Below, in pieces: positions 18,564-27,758 of a stretch of 64,000 nt of DNA (position 1 is its first letter; the number at the start of each line of letters is the position of its first letter). Under the pieces are notes generated by a model that saw nothing but the letters and a program-made list of their open reading frames with translations, had not been told where the DNA came from and did not search any database. The stretch comes from Acidimicrobiales bacterium (GTDB taxonomy: Bacteria; Actinomycetota; Acidimicrobiia; Acidimicrobiales; RAAP-2): NCBI GenBank assembly GCA_030039755.1, contig JASHUY010000025.1, positions 5,158 to 69,157 of the forward strand, read 5' to 3'. Made by a program: the position numbers and the translations under genes.

Positions 18564-20588
18564 ATGTCGCGGGTCGGGACAGGAGAGGCGGAGCCGGCCG
18601 CGCGCAAACCGCCTGGCGTCCCGCGCCGCGCGGTGATCGAGGAGATCAAGCCGACGGTCGACGGCGGTCGGTTTCCGGCCAAGGCCGCGGTCGGCGACAC
18701 GGTCGGAGTCGAGGTGACCGCCTTCGGGGACGGCCACGACCTCCTGGCGTGCGACCTGCGTGTCCAGCGCGAGGGCGACTCGTCGTGGACGACGATCGAG
18801 ATGGGGCCCGTCGGCAACGACCGCTGGAGGGCGACGTTCCCGGCCGAAGCCGTCGGCCGCTACCGCTTCTGCGTCCGCGCCGGCGTCGACCGGTACGCGA
18901 CGTGGTTGCGCGACCTGTACGCGCGTGCGGACGCCGGCCAGGACGTGCAGACCGAGCTCCTGGTCGGAGCCGACCTGCTGGGGAAGGCGGCCTCGCGGGC
19001 GAGCGGGGCGGACAAGAAGCAGCTCGCGGCCGCGGCGGACCGCGTCGCCACCGCCGCCGACGGCCTGCACGACGGGACCCTCGGCGGGACCCTCGGCGGG
19101 ATGCTGCGCAGCGACGTCCTCACCGAGCTCGTCCGCCGCTACCGCCCGACGTCGGACGCGACGACCTCGGCGACCTACACGGTGGTCGTGGACCCCGCCC
19201 TCGCGCGCTTTTCGACGTGGTACGAGCTGTTCCCCCGGGGCGCGTCGCACGACGCGGGCCGCCCGGGCACCCTTGCCGACGTGCAGGCGCGCCTCGACTA
19301 CGTCTCGTGGCTGGGCGCCGACGTGCTGTACCTCCCGCCGATCCATCCGATCGGCACGACGGCCCGCAAGGGCCCGGACGGCAGCGCCGAGGCCGGCCCG
19401 GCCGACCCGGGGAGCCCGTGGGCGATCGGGTCGGAGGACGGGGGTCATTGCGCGATCGACCCCGGGCTCGGCACGTTCGCGGACTTCGAGAGGCTGGTCA
19501 CCGCGGCCGCGGAACGGGGGATCGCCGTCGCGTTGGACCTCGCGTTCCAGTGCTCACCCGACCACCCCTGGGTGCGCGAGCACCCGGAGTGGTTCCGGCA
19601 CCGGCCGGACGGGTCGATCCGGTACGCGGAGAACCCGCCGAAGCGCTACGAGGACATCTACCCCCTCGATTTCGAGACCGACGACTGGTGGGGTCTGTGG
19701 CTCGCGCTGCTCGACGTCGTGCGTTTCTGGATCGACCACGGCGTGCGTGTCTTTCGCGTCGACAACCCCCACACGAAGCCCTTCGCCTTCTGGGAGTGGC
19801 TCATCGCCACGGTGAAGGAGGACCATCCCAAGACGATCTTCCTCTCCGAGGCGTTCACCCGGCCCGCCGTGATGTACCGGCTGGGGAAACTCGGGTTCAG
19901 CCAGTCGTACACCTACTTCGCGTGGCGCAACAAGAAGTGGGAGATCGAGTCCTACATGCGGGACCTCGCGCTCGTCGCGGACTTCTTCCGCCCGAACTTC
20001 TGGCCCAACACGCCCGACATCCTCACCGAAGAGCTCCAGACCGGGGGGGCCGCGGCGTTCGTGGCCCGTCTGGTGCTCGCGGCGACGCTGTCATCGAGTT
20101 ACGGGGTGTACGGCCCCCCGTTCGAGCTGCAGGAGCACGTCCCGCGTGCTCCCGGGTCCGAGGAGTACGCCGGCTCGGAGAAGTACGCCGTCCGTCATTG
20201 GGATCTCGACAGGGCCGGAAGCCTCGCACCGCTCATGGCGCGCGTGAACGCGGTGCGACGTGCGCACCCCGCGCTCCAGCGCGACGACACGTTGCGGTTC
20301 CACACGACCGACAACGACCAGCTCATCGCGTACTCGAAGACCTCGGACGACGACGCGGTGCTCGTGGTGGTGAACCTCGACCCCACCTACCGCCAGTCCG
20401 GCTGGGTGCATCTGGGCGAGTTTGCCGGCGGTCCCGGCAAGTCGATCGAGGTGCACGACCTCCTCACCGACTCGCACTACCGGTGGCAGGGGTCTCAGGG
20501 CTTCGTCATCCTCGACCCCGCGACCCAGCCCGCGCACGTGCTCGCGCTCACCTGGCGGGGTAACCGCCCCGCGCCCGGTTCGCCATGA
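18564..20588 (+). CDS. glgE: alpha-1,4-glucan:maltose-1-phosphate maltosyltransferase
   Basis: This is the 3' part of giant ORF 16824..20588. Family motifs are IEEIKPTVDGGRFPAKAAVGD, FSTWYELFPRG, LGADVLYLPPIHPIG, FRVDNPHTKPF and IFLSEAFTRP. ATG 18564 gives 674 aa; ATG 18468, which has GGGAGG upstream, is an alternative start. Confidence 0.9.
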   Translation: MSRVGTGEAEPAARKPPGVPRRAVIEEIKPTVDGGRFPAKAAVGDTVGVEVTAFGDGHDLLACDLRVQREGDSSWTTIEMGPVGNDRWRATFPAEAVGRYRFCVRAGVDRYATWLRDLYARADAGQDVQTELLVGADLLGKAASRASGADKKQLAAAADRVATAADGLHDGTLGGTLGGMLRSDVLTELVRRYRPTSDATTSATYTVVVDPALARFSTWYELFPRGASHDAGRPGTLADVQARLDYVSWLGADVLYLPPIHPIGTTARKGPDGSAEAGPADPGSPWAIGSEDGGHCAIDPGLGTFADFERLVTAAAERGIAVALDLAFQCSPDHPWVREHPEWFRHRPDGSIRYAENPPKRYEDIYPLDFETDDWWGLWLALLDVVRFWIDHGVRVFRVDNPHTKPFAFWEWLIATVKEDHPKTIFLSEAFTRPAVMYRLGKLGFSQSYTYFAWRNKKWEIESYMRDLALVADFFRPNFWPNTPDILTEELQTGGAAAFVARLVLAATLSSSYGVYGPPFELQEHVPRAPGSEEYAGSEKYAVRHWDLDRAGSLAPLMARVNAVRRAHPALQRDDTLRFHTTDNDQLIAYSKTSDDDAVLVVVNLDPTYRQSGWVHLGEFAGGPGKSIEVHDLLTDSHYRWQGSQGFVILDPATQPAHVLALTWRGNRPAPGSP

Positions 20589-23500
20589 CGGTCACCGAAG
20601 AACGCTCGATGCAGATGGCGCGAAGTGTGCCGGTGGGCGGCGTCGCGCACTGGTACCAGGACGCGGTCCTCTACGAGCTGCACGTCCGCGCCTTCAACGA
20701 CAGCAACGGGGACGGCATCGGCGACTTCCGGGGGCTCGTCGAGAAGCTGGACTACCTGCAGGAGCTCGGCGTCACCACGCTGTGGCTGTTGCCCTTCTAC
20801 CCGTCCCCGCTTCGCGACGACGGGTACGACATCGCCGACTATCGCGACGTGCATCCTTCGTACGGCAGCCTGCGGGACTTCCGGTTGTTCCTCCGGGAAG
20901 CCCATCGCCGGGGTCTGCGCGTGGTCACGGAGCTCGTTCTCGCGCACACCTCCGACACCCATCCGTGGTTCCAGCGTGCGCGCCGGTCACGGCCTGGGAG
21001 CTCGTACCGTGACTTCTACCTGTGGAGCGACACGCCCGACCGCTTCAAGGACGCGCGCATCATCTTCCAGGACTTCGAGAGCTCGAACTGGGCCTTCGAC
21101 CCGGTCGCCGGTGCGTACTTCTGGCACCGCTTCTACTCGCACCAGCCGAGCCTGAATTACGACAACCCTGCGGTCCAGCAGGCGATGTTCGACATCGTCG
21201 ACTACTGGCTCGAGATGGGAGTGGACGGCCTCAGGCTCGACGCCGTCCCATACCTGTACGCGCGTGAAGGCACGTCCTGCGAGAACCTCCCGGAGACCTT
21301 CGAGTACCTTCGCCAGCTCCGGGCGCACGTCGACGCGCGCTACGCGGACCGGATGCTGCTCGCCGAGGCCAACCAATGGCCCGAGGACGCAGTCGCCTAC
21401 ATGGGCAACGGCGACATGTGCCACATGGCGTTCCACTTCCCCCTCATGCCGCGCATGTTCATGGCCGCGCGCCAGGAGGACCGGTTCCCGATCGTCGACA
21501 TCCTGGCGGAGACGCCCCCGGCGCCGGAGGGTTGCCAGTGGGCGCTGTTCCTGCGCAACCACGACGAGCTGACGCTCGAGATGGTCACCGACGAGGAGCG
21601 CGACTACATGTACCGCTCGTACGCCCAGGACCCGAGGGCCCGGGTGAACGTGGGCATCCGCCGGCGGCTCGCGCCGCTGCTCGGGAACGACCGGGCGCTC
21701 ATCGAGATGATGAACGGCCTCCTCTTCTCGCTCCCGGGCACGCCGATCGTCTACTACGGCGACGAGATCGGAATGGGGGACAACATCTATCTGGGCGACC
21801 GCGACGCCGTGCGGACGCCGATGCAGTGGAACGCCGATCGGAACGCGGGCTTCTCGAGGGCGAACCCCCAGCAGCTCTACCTCCCCGTGGTGATCGATCC
21901 CGTGTACCACGCTGCCGGCGTGAACGTGGAGGCCGCCGAGGCGAACCCGAACTCGCTCCTGTGGTGGATGCGCCGGATGGTCCATCTCCGGCAGCGCTAC
22001 AAGGCTTTCAGCCGCGGCACCCTCGAGCACCTGCGCCCGGAGAACCGCAAGGTGCTGGCGTTCCTCCGGCGCTACGAGGACGAGCTCCTGCTCATCGTCG
22101 TGAACCTCTCGCGCTTCGCCCAGGCCGCCGAGCTCGATCTCTCGGAGCTGTGGGGCGCGGTCCCGGTCGAGCTGTTCGGCAACACCCGCTTCCCGGCGGT
22201 CGGTGAGCTGCCCTACTTCCTCACGCTCGGCCCGCACGGCTTCTACTGGTTCTCGCTCGAGTTCGACCCGGGGTCCCGCCGGGGCCCCGACGCCCGCCTG
22301 AGCGTGCGGAACCGGTGGGACGAGATCTTCTCGGACCCGCGCGCGCTCGAGTCGGTGCTCGCGCCGTACATCGCGGGAAGGCGATGGTTCGTGTCGAAGA
22401 CCCGCACCATCACCTCGGTGAGCGTGCTCGACTCGCTGGCGGTCGGGGACCGCGCCGACCCGGTGGCACACCTGGCCGTCGCTCGCGTCGAGCTGGACCA
22501 AGGTGCGTCCGAGCAGTACCTGCTCGCGCTCGCCTACGCGGGGGGTGAGAAGTCGGACTCCATGCGCCGCTGGCATCCCGAGGCGATCGTCGCCGAGCTG
22601 CGGGTGGGCGGCCAGCAGGGCGTGCTCTACGACGCGTTGCGGGAACCCGAGGTCTCGAGGGTGGTGTTCGACATGATCGGGCGGCGGCGTTCCGTCCCCT
22701 CTCGCGAGGGCCGGGCCTGGGGCGCGCCGTCGCCTTCGTACCGGGCCATCCGGCGCTCCGTGCCCGACGACGTCCAGCCCGTGCCGGTGACGGCCGAGCA
22801 GTCGAACAGCTCGGTCGCGCTCGCGGACCGGGCGATCCTGAAGTACGTCCGTCGCCTCGAGGAAGGCACGAACCCCGGGGTGGAGCTCCCACGCTTCCTC
22901 GCCGAGCGGGCGCACTTCGAGCACGCACCCCGTTCGGGCGGCAGCCTCGAGTACCGCTCGAACCAGCGGGCGAGCCGACCGATCACGCTCGTCTCGCTCG
23001 AGGAGATGGTGCCGAACGAAGGAGACGGCTGGAGCTACGTCGTGGACGCGCTCAGCCGGCGGCTGGAAGAGGCGATCGCCCACGGCGCGGAGGCGCCTGA
23101 CGCCTTCGCCGCGCCGACCGCGCCCGGGCTCCTGGGACTCTCCGCCGACGACGAGCCGCCCGGAGAGCTCTTCGACCACGTCGAATGGGCCTCGCTCCTC
23201 GGGCGCCGGACGGGGGAGCTCCACGTCGCGCTCGCGTCCGACAGGTCGGATCCGGCGATGGCCCCCGAGCCGATGACCCCGGTGGACCGGCTGTCCCTGT
23301 ACCACGGGGCCGGCAGCTTCGCGAGACGCGCCTTCCGCCAGCTGCGGGAGGCGGGGCTCGGCACATCGCCCGCGGTCGCGGCGGTGCTCAGGCGGGAACG
23401 GGAGGTCGGCGAGCGCTTCCGCGCCATCGCCACGGTGCCGGCTGCCGCGCAGAAGATCCGGGTACACGGTGACTACCACCTCGGCCAGGTCCTGTGGACG

Positions 23501-23920
23501 GGAAAGGACATCGTGATCATCGACTTCGAAGGAGAGCCGGCGCGCTCTCTCGGGCAACGGCGCCTCAAGCGCCCGGCCGCGATGGACCTCGCGAGCATGA
23601 TCCGCTCGTTCCACTACGCGTCGCGCGCCGTCGCGATACGCGCGGACCGGGACCTGGTCGGCCCTCAGGGCCACCGCGAGCTCGGCCCGTGGCTCTTCCG
23701 CTGGTACCGGTGGGTGTCCGCAGGTTTCGTCCGGTCCTACCTCGCCGTTCCCGGCGTCGGCCGGCTTCTCCCCTCGGACCGCAAGGAGCTCGCCGTCCTG
23801 ATCGACTTCTTCCTGCTCGAAAAGGCCGTGGCCGAGCTGGCGTACGAGGCGAACGCCCGTCCCGACTGGGTCGACATCCCGGCGCGCGGGATCCTCGACG
23901 TGCTGGACGACGTCCCGTGA
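20585..23920 (+). CDS. treS: trehalose synthase fused to maltokinase (TreS-Mak/Pep2)
   Basis: The start overlaps the glgE stop as ATGA. The TreS part has WYQDAVLYELHVRAFNDSNGDGIGDFRG, LLPFYPSPLRDDGYDIADY, GLRLDAVPYLY and FLRNHDELTLE. The C-terminal ~450 aa carry the kinase motif VHGDYHLGQVLW..IIDFEGEP. Confidence 0.9.
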   Translation: MTVTEERSMQMARSVPVGGVAHWYQDAVLYELHVRAFNDSNGDGIGDFRGLVEKLDYLQELGVTTLWLLPFYPSPLRDDGYDIADYRDVHPSYGSLRDFRLFLREAHRRGLRVVTELVLAHTSDTHPWFQRARRSRPGSSYRDFYLWSDTPDRFKDARIIFQDFESSNWAFDPVAGAYFWHRFYSHQPSLNYDNPAVQQAMFDIVDYWLEMGVDGLRLDAVPYLYAREGTSCENLPETFEYLRQLRAHVDARYADRMLLAEANQWPEDAVAYMGNGDMCHMAFHFPLMPRMFMAARQEDRFPIVDILAETPPAPEGCQWALFLRNHDELTLEMVTDEERDYMYRSYAQDPRARVNVGIRRRLAPLLGNDRALIEMMNGLLFSLPGTPIVYYGDEIGMGDNIYLGDRDAVRTPMQWNADRNAGFSRANPQQLYLPVVIDPVYHAAGVNVEAAEANPNSLLWWMRRMVHLRQRYKAFSRGTLEHLRPENRKVLAFLRRYEDELLLIVVNLSRFAQAAELDLSELWGAVPVELFGNTRFPAVGELPYFLTLGPHGFYWFSLEFDPGSRRGPDARLSVRNRWDEIFSDPRALESVLAPYIAGRRWFVSKTRTITSVSVLDSLAVGDRADPVAHLAVARVELDQGASEQYLLALAYAGGEKSDSMRRWHPEAIVAELRVGGQQGVLYDALREPEVSRVVFDMIGRRRSVPSREGRAWGAPSPSYRAIRRSVPDDVQPVPVTAEQSNSSVALADRAILKYVRRLEEGTNPGVELPRFLAERAHFEHAPRSGGSLEYRSNQRASRPITLVSLEEMVPNEGDGWSYVVDALSRRLEEAIAHGAEAPDAFAAPTAPGLLGLSADDEPPGELFDHVEWASLLGRRTGELHVALASDRSDPAMAPEPMTPVDRLSLYHGAGSFARRAFRQLREAGLGTSPAVAAVLRREREVGERFRAIATVPAAAQKIRVHGDYHLGQVLWTGKDIVIIDFEGEPARSLGQRRLKRPAAMDLASMIRSFHYASRAVAIRADRDLVGPQGHRELGPWLFRWYRWVSAGFVRSYLAVPGVGRLLPSDRKELAVLIDFFLLEKAVAELAYEANARPDWVDIPARGILDVLDDVP

Positions 23921-25857
23921 GCGCCGAGCTGCGGACCCTCGCGCAGCTCTACGGCGTCCAGACCTCCTTCGTCGACGCCTCGGGCGTGCGGCGGGAAGCG
24001 GGCACCGACACCCTCCGTGCGGTGCTCGGCGCGCTGGGCGCGCCGGCGACAGACCCGCCCTCGGCCGTGCGCCAGGAGCGGCTCCGGCGCCACGTGCAGA
24101 TCCTCGAGCCGGTGGTCGCCGTTCCCGCCGCCGGCACCCAGGCCGTCGAGGTGGGCCTTCCGCGCTCGGTCCACCCGCGCGACTGCTGGCTCCACCTCCA
24201 GGGGGAGGAGGGCGCGACGCGGCGCATGCGGCTCATGCCGGCCATCCACCGCCCGCTCGGCTCGGCGAGCCTGGAGGGGCGGACGATGGACCGGTACGAG
24301 GCGCAGCTGGGCTCCCCGCTCGAGATGCTGCCCGCGGGCTACTACCGGCTCCGGCTCGAAGGGCCCGGTGTCGAGTCGACCGCCCTCGTCGTGGTGGCGC
24401 CCCGGTGCCCGCTGCCCGGGCGGGGCTGGGGCGCCTTCCTCCCCGTGCACGCCATGCGCACGGCGAGGGACTGGGGCGTCGGAAGCTACACGGCGCTCGC
24501 GGAGACCGCACGGTGGGTGGGCGGCCTCGGCGGTGAGCTCGTCGGAACGCTGCCGCTCTATCCCGGGTACTACGAGGAGCCGCCCGAGATCAGTCCCTAT
24601 CTTCCCGTGACGAGGCTCGGCTGGAACGAGCTGTACGTCGACCCGACGGTGCTCCCCGAGCTCGAGGCATCGCCCGAAGCGCGCGACCTCCTCGCATCGG
24701 AGGCCTTCACCAGCGAGCTCGCCGACGCGCGGCGGCGCGCGCTCGTCGACTACCCGTCGTCGATGGCGCTCGTCCGACGGGTGCTGGAGCCGCTCGCGCG
24801 GGCGGTGTTCGCCGGACCTACCGCGCGACGCGACGCCCTCGAGGGCTTCGCGCGCGAGCGTCCCGACCTCGTCGCGTACGCGCGCTTCCGGGCGGGCCAC
24901 CCCGTCGAGCCCTGCGGCGCACCGGGCGACCTCACCCGGGTGCCGGCCGACGAGGCGTCGAGGTGCAACCTCTACGCGCAGTGGGTCGCGGACCAGCAGC
25001 TCGGCGCGGCGGCGGGGAGCCTCTTCCTCGACCTGCCGGTCGGCGTGCACCCGGCGGGGTTCGACCCCCGCTACGACCCCGCGTCCTTCGCCGACGGCGT
25101 CGAGGGCGGGGCGCCGCCCGACCTCTTCTTCGCCAAGGGCCAGCGCTGGTCCTTCCGGCCGCTGCACCCCCGGGGGCTTCGTGAACAGCGGTACCGTCAC
25201 GTGATCGCCGTGCTGCGCCACGCCATGCGGCACGCGTCGGTGCTCCGGCTCGACCACGTGATGGGCCTCTACCGCCTCTACTGGGTGCCCGACGGCCTCG
25301 ACGCGACGGACGGCGCCTACGTCCGTTACCGCGACGACGAGCTGCGGGCGATCGTGGCCCTCGAAGCCCAGCGCTCCGGTACGGCGGTCGTGGGGGAGGA
25401 CCTGGGCACGGTGCCAGAGGAGGTCCGCCGAGGGATGGCGCACGACCGCATGCTGCGCTCATGGGTGCTGCAGTTCGAGGTCTCCGCGGGTGCGCCGCTG
25501 CCCGACCCTCCCGAGCTCTCGATGGCGAGCATCGGGACGCACGACCTTCCGCGCTTCGTGTCCTTCTGGGAGGCGCCCGAGCACGCGCGGTGGCGCCGGG
25601 CGCTCGGTGGCGACGCCCGCCGGGGGCTGCGCGTGTGCCTCGACCATCTCGCTGCGGGCCCTGCCCGCCTCGTCCTCGCCGACGTGGAGGACCTGTGGCT
25701 GGAGCGGTGGCCGCACAACCGCCCCGGGACCGGCCCGGAGGCGGGGAACTGGCAGCACCGGTCTGCGCGGACGCTCGAGGAGATCTTCGCCGACGACGAC
25801 GTCACCGCGGCGTTGGAGAGGATCGACGGGCTGCGACGCCAGGAGGAGCCCGGGTGA
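23917..25857 (+). CDS. malQ: 4-alpha-glucanotransferase (amylomaltase, GH77)
   Basis: GTG 23917 overlaps the treS stop as GTGA; the gene is the 3' part of ORF 23494..25857. Motifs are LAQLYGVQTSFVD, LDLPVGVHP, RSWVLQFE and SIGTHDLPRF. Confidence 0.85.
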   Translation: MSAELRTLAQLYGVQTSFVDASGVRREAGTDTLRAVLGALGAPATDPPSAVRQERLRRHVQILEPVVAVPAAGTQAVEVGLPRSVHPRDCWLHLQGEEGATRRMRLMPAIHRPLGSASLEGRTMDRYEAQLGSPLEMLPAGYYRLRLEGPGVESTALVVVAPRCPLPGRGWGAFLPVHAMRTARDWGVGSYTALAETARWVGGLGGELVGTLPLYPGYYEEPPEISPYLPVTRLGWNELYVDPTVLPELEASPEARDLLASEAFTSELADARRRALVDYPSSMALVRRVLEPLARAVFAGPTARRDALEGFARERPDLVAYARFRAGHPVEPCGAPGDLTRVPADEASRCNLYAQWVADQQLGAAAGSLFLDLPVGVHPAGFDPRYDPASFADGVEGGAPPDLFFAKGQRWSFRPLHPRGLREQRYRHVIAVLRHAMRHASVLRLDHVMGLYRLYWVPDGLDATDGAYVRYRDDELRAIVALEAQRSGTAVVGEDLGTVPEEVRRGMAHDRMLRSWVLQFEVSAGAPLPDPPELSMASIGTHDLPRFVSFWEAPEHARWRRALGGDARRGLRVCLDHLAAGPARLVLADVEDLWLERWPHNRPGTGPEAGNWQHRSARTLEEIFADDDVTAALERIDGLRRQEEPG

Positions 25858-27758
25858 TCACCGCGGACGACCTGTTCCTCTTCAACGAGGGATCGCACCG
25901 CCGTCTCGCGCAGAAGCTTGGCGCGCACGTCCTCGACGGCGTCGTCCGCTTCGCGGTGTGGGCGCCGAGCGCACGAGGCGTGTCCGTCGTGGGCGACTGG
26001 AACTGGTGGCAGCGCGACGCGGACCCGCTCTCGCCGAACGCGAGCTCGGGCATCTGGGAAGGCGTCGCAGGAGACGCCCGCAGAGGCCAGGTCTACAAGT
26101 TCGCGATCACCACGCAGCAGGGCACGGTCCTCGAGAAGGCGGACCCGTTCGCCTTCTTCTGCGAGGCGCCACCGAGGACCGGCTCGGTCATCTGGGACCT
26201 CGCCTACGAATGGGGCGACGAGGCCTGGATGGCGACGCGCGGCGAGCGTCAGTCCCTGCGCTCGCCGATCTCGATCTACGAGGTCCACATCGGGAGCTGG
26301 CTTCGCACACCGGATCGGCCGCACGAGCTCCTCGGCTACGCCGCGCTCGCTCCACGCATCGTCGACCACGTGCGGCGCAACGGGTTCACCCACGTCGAGC
26401 TGCTCCCCGTCATGGAGCACCCTTTCTACGGGAGCTGGGGCTACCAGACCACCGGCTACTTCGCGCCGAGCGCGCGCTACGGCGAGCCGCAGGACTTCAT
26501 GGCGATGGTCGACGCACTGCACCAGGCCGGCATCGGCGTGATCCTCGACTGGGTTCCCTCCCACTTCCCGAACGACGCGTTCGCGCTCGCGACGTTCGAC
26601 GGCACGCACCTCTACGAGCACGCCGACCCGCACCGCGGCGTGCACCCCGACTGGAACAGCCTCGTCTTCAACTACGGGCGGCACGAGGTGCGGAGCTTCC
26701 TCGCCTCGTCGGCCGACCACTGGCTGCGCACCTATCACGCCGACGGGCTGCGGGTCGACGCGGTGGCCTCCATGCTGTACCTCGACTACTCGCGCAAGGC
26801 CGGCGAGTGGGAGCCGAACGTCTACGGCGGGCACGAGGACCTGGACGCGACCGCGTTCCTGCGCCAGCTGAACACCGGTGTCTATGCCGACCACCCGGAC
26901 GTGCAGACCGTCGCCGAGGAGTCGACCGCGTGGGCCGGCGTCTCCCGGCCAGTCGAGTGGGGCGGGCTCGGGTTCGGGTTCAAGTGGGACATGGGCTGGA
27001 TGCACGACACGCTGCGCTACATGGGCGACGACCCGGTGCACCGCAGATGGCATCACGGAGAGCTGACGTTCCGGGCGGTCTACGCGTTCACCGAGAACTT
27101 CGTCCTGCCCCTTTCCCACGACGAGGTCGTGCACGGCAAGGGCTCGCTTCTGTCGAAGATGCCCGGCGACGACTGGCAGCGACGAGCCAACCTGCGGCTG
27201 CTGTACGGCTACCAGTACGGGCTCCCCGGCAAGAAGCTCCTCTTCATGGGCTCCGAGCTCGCCGACTGGCGTGAGTGGACACACGACGCAGGGCTGCACT
27301 GGGAGCTGCTGGACGACGAGCGGCACGCAGGCGTCTGCCGGTGGCTGCGGGACCTGAACGGGCTCTATCGCAGCGAGCGCGCGCTGCACGAGCTGGACGC
27401 CGACCCAGCGGGCTTCGAGTGGGTGCAGCACGACGACGCCGACATCAGCGTGCTCAGCTTCCTGCGCAAGTCCTCCGACGGGCGGGTCGTGCTCGTCGTC
27501 TGTAATTTCACGCCGGTGCCCCGCGACGATCTCCAGACCGGCGTGCCCGTGGACGGCTTCTGGCGGGAGGTCTTGAACTCCGACGCGCTCGAGTACGGCG
27601 GGAGCGGCGTCGGCAACATGGGCGGCGTCCTCGCACGACCGGTGCCCACGCACGGGCGCCCGCGCACCTTGACGCTCGTCGCCCCGCCGCTCGGCTGCGT
27701 CTTCCTCTCGCCCGAGCCCCGGTCGCCCGGGCCCGACGGGGACGACGGCGTCGGCTGA
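25854..27758 (+). CDS. glgB: 1,4-alpha-glucan branching enzyme (short N-terminus form)
   Basis: GTG 25854 follows AGGAGG and overlaps the malQ stop as GTGA. Motifs are IYEVHIGSW, HVELLPVMEHPFYGSWGYQ, GVILDWVPSHF, GLRVDAVASMLY and LSHDEVVHGK. Confidence 0.9.
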   Translation: MITADDLFLFNEGSHRRLAQKLGAHVLDGVVRFAVWAPSARGVSVVGDWNWWQRDADPLSPNASSGIWEGVAGDARRGQVYKFAITTQQGTVLEKADPFAFFCEAPPRTGSVIWDLAYEWGDEAWMATRGERQSLRSPISIYEVHIGSWLRTPDRPHELLGYAALAPRIVDHVRRNGFTHVELLPVMEHPFYGSWGYQTTGYFAPSARYGEPQDFMAMVDALHQAGIGVILDWVPSHFPNDAFALATFDGTHLYEHADPHRGVHPDWNSLVFNYGRHEVRSFLASSADHWLRTYHADGLRVDAVASMLYLDYSRKAGEWEPNVYGGHEDLDATAFLRQLNTGVYADHPDVQTVAEESTAWAGVSRPVEWGGLGFGFKWDMGWMHDTLRYMGDDPVHRRWHHGELTFRAVYAFTENFVLPLSHDEVVHGKGSLLSKMPGDDWQRRANLRLLYGYQYGLPGKKLLFMGSELADWREWTHDAGLHWELLDDERHAGVCRWLRDLNGLYRSERALHELDADPAGFEWVQHDDADISVLSFLRKSSDGRVVLVVCNFTPVPRDDLQTGVPVDGFWREVLNSDALEYGGSGVGNMGGVLARPVPTHGRPRTLTLVAPPLGCVFLSPEPRSPGPDGDDGVG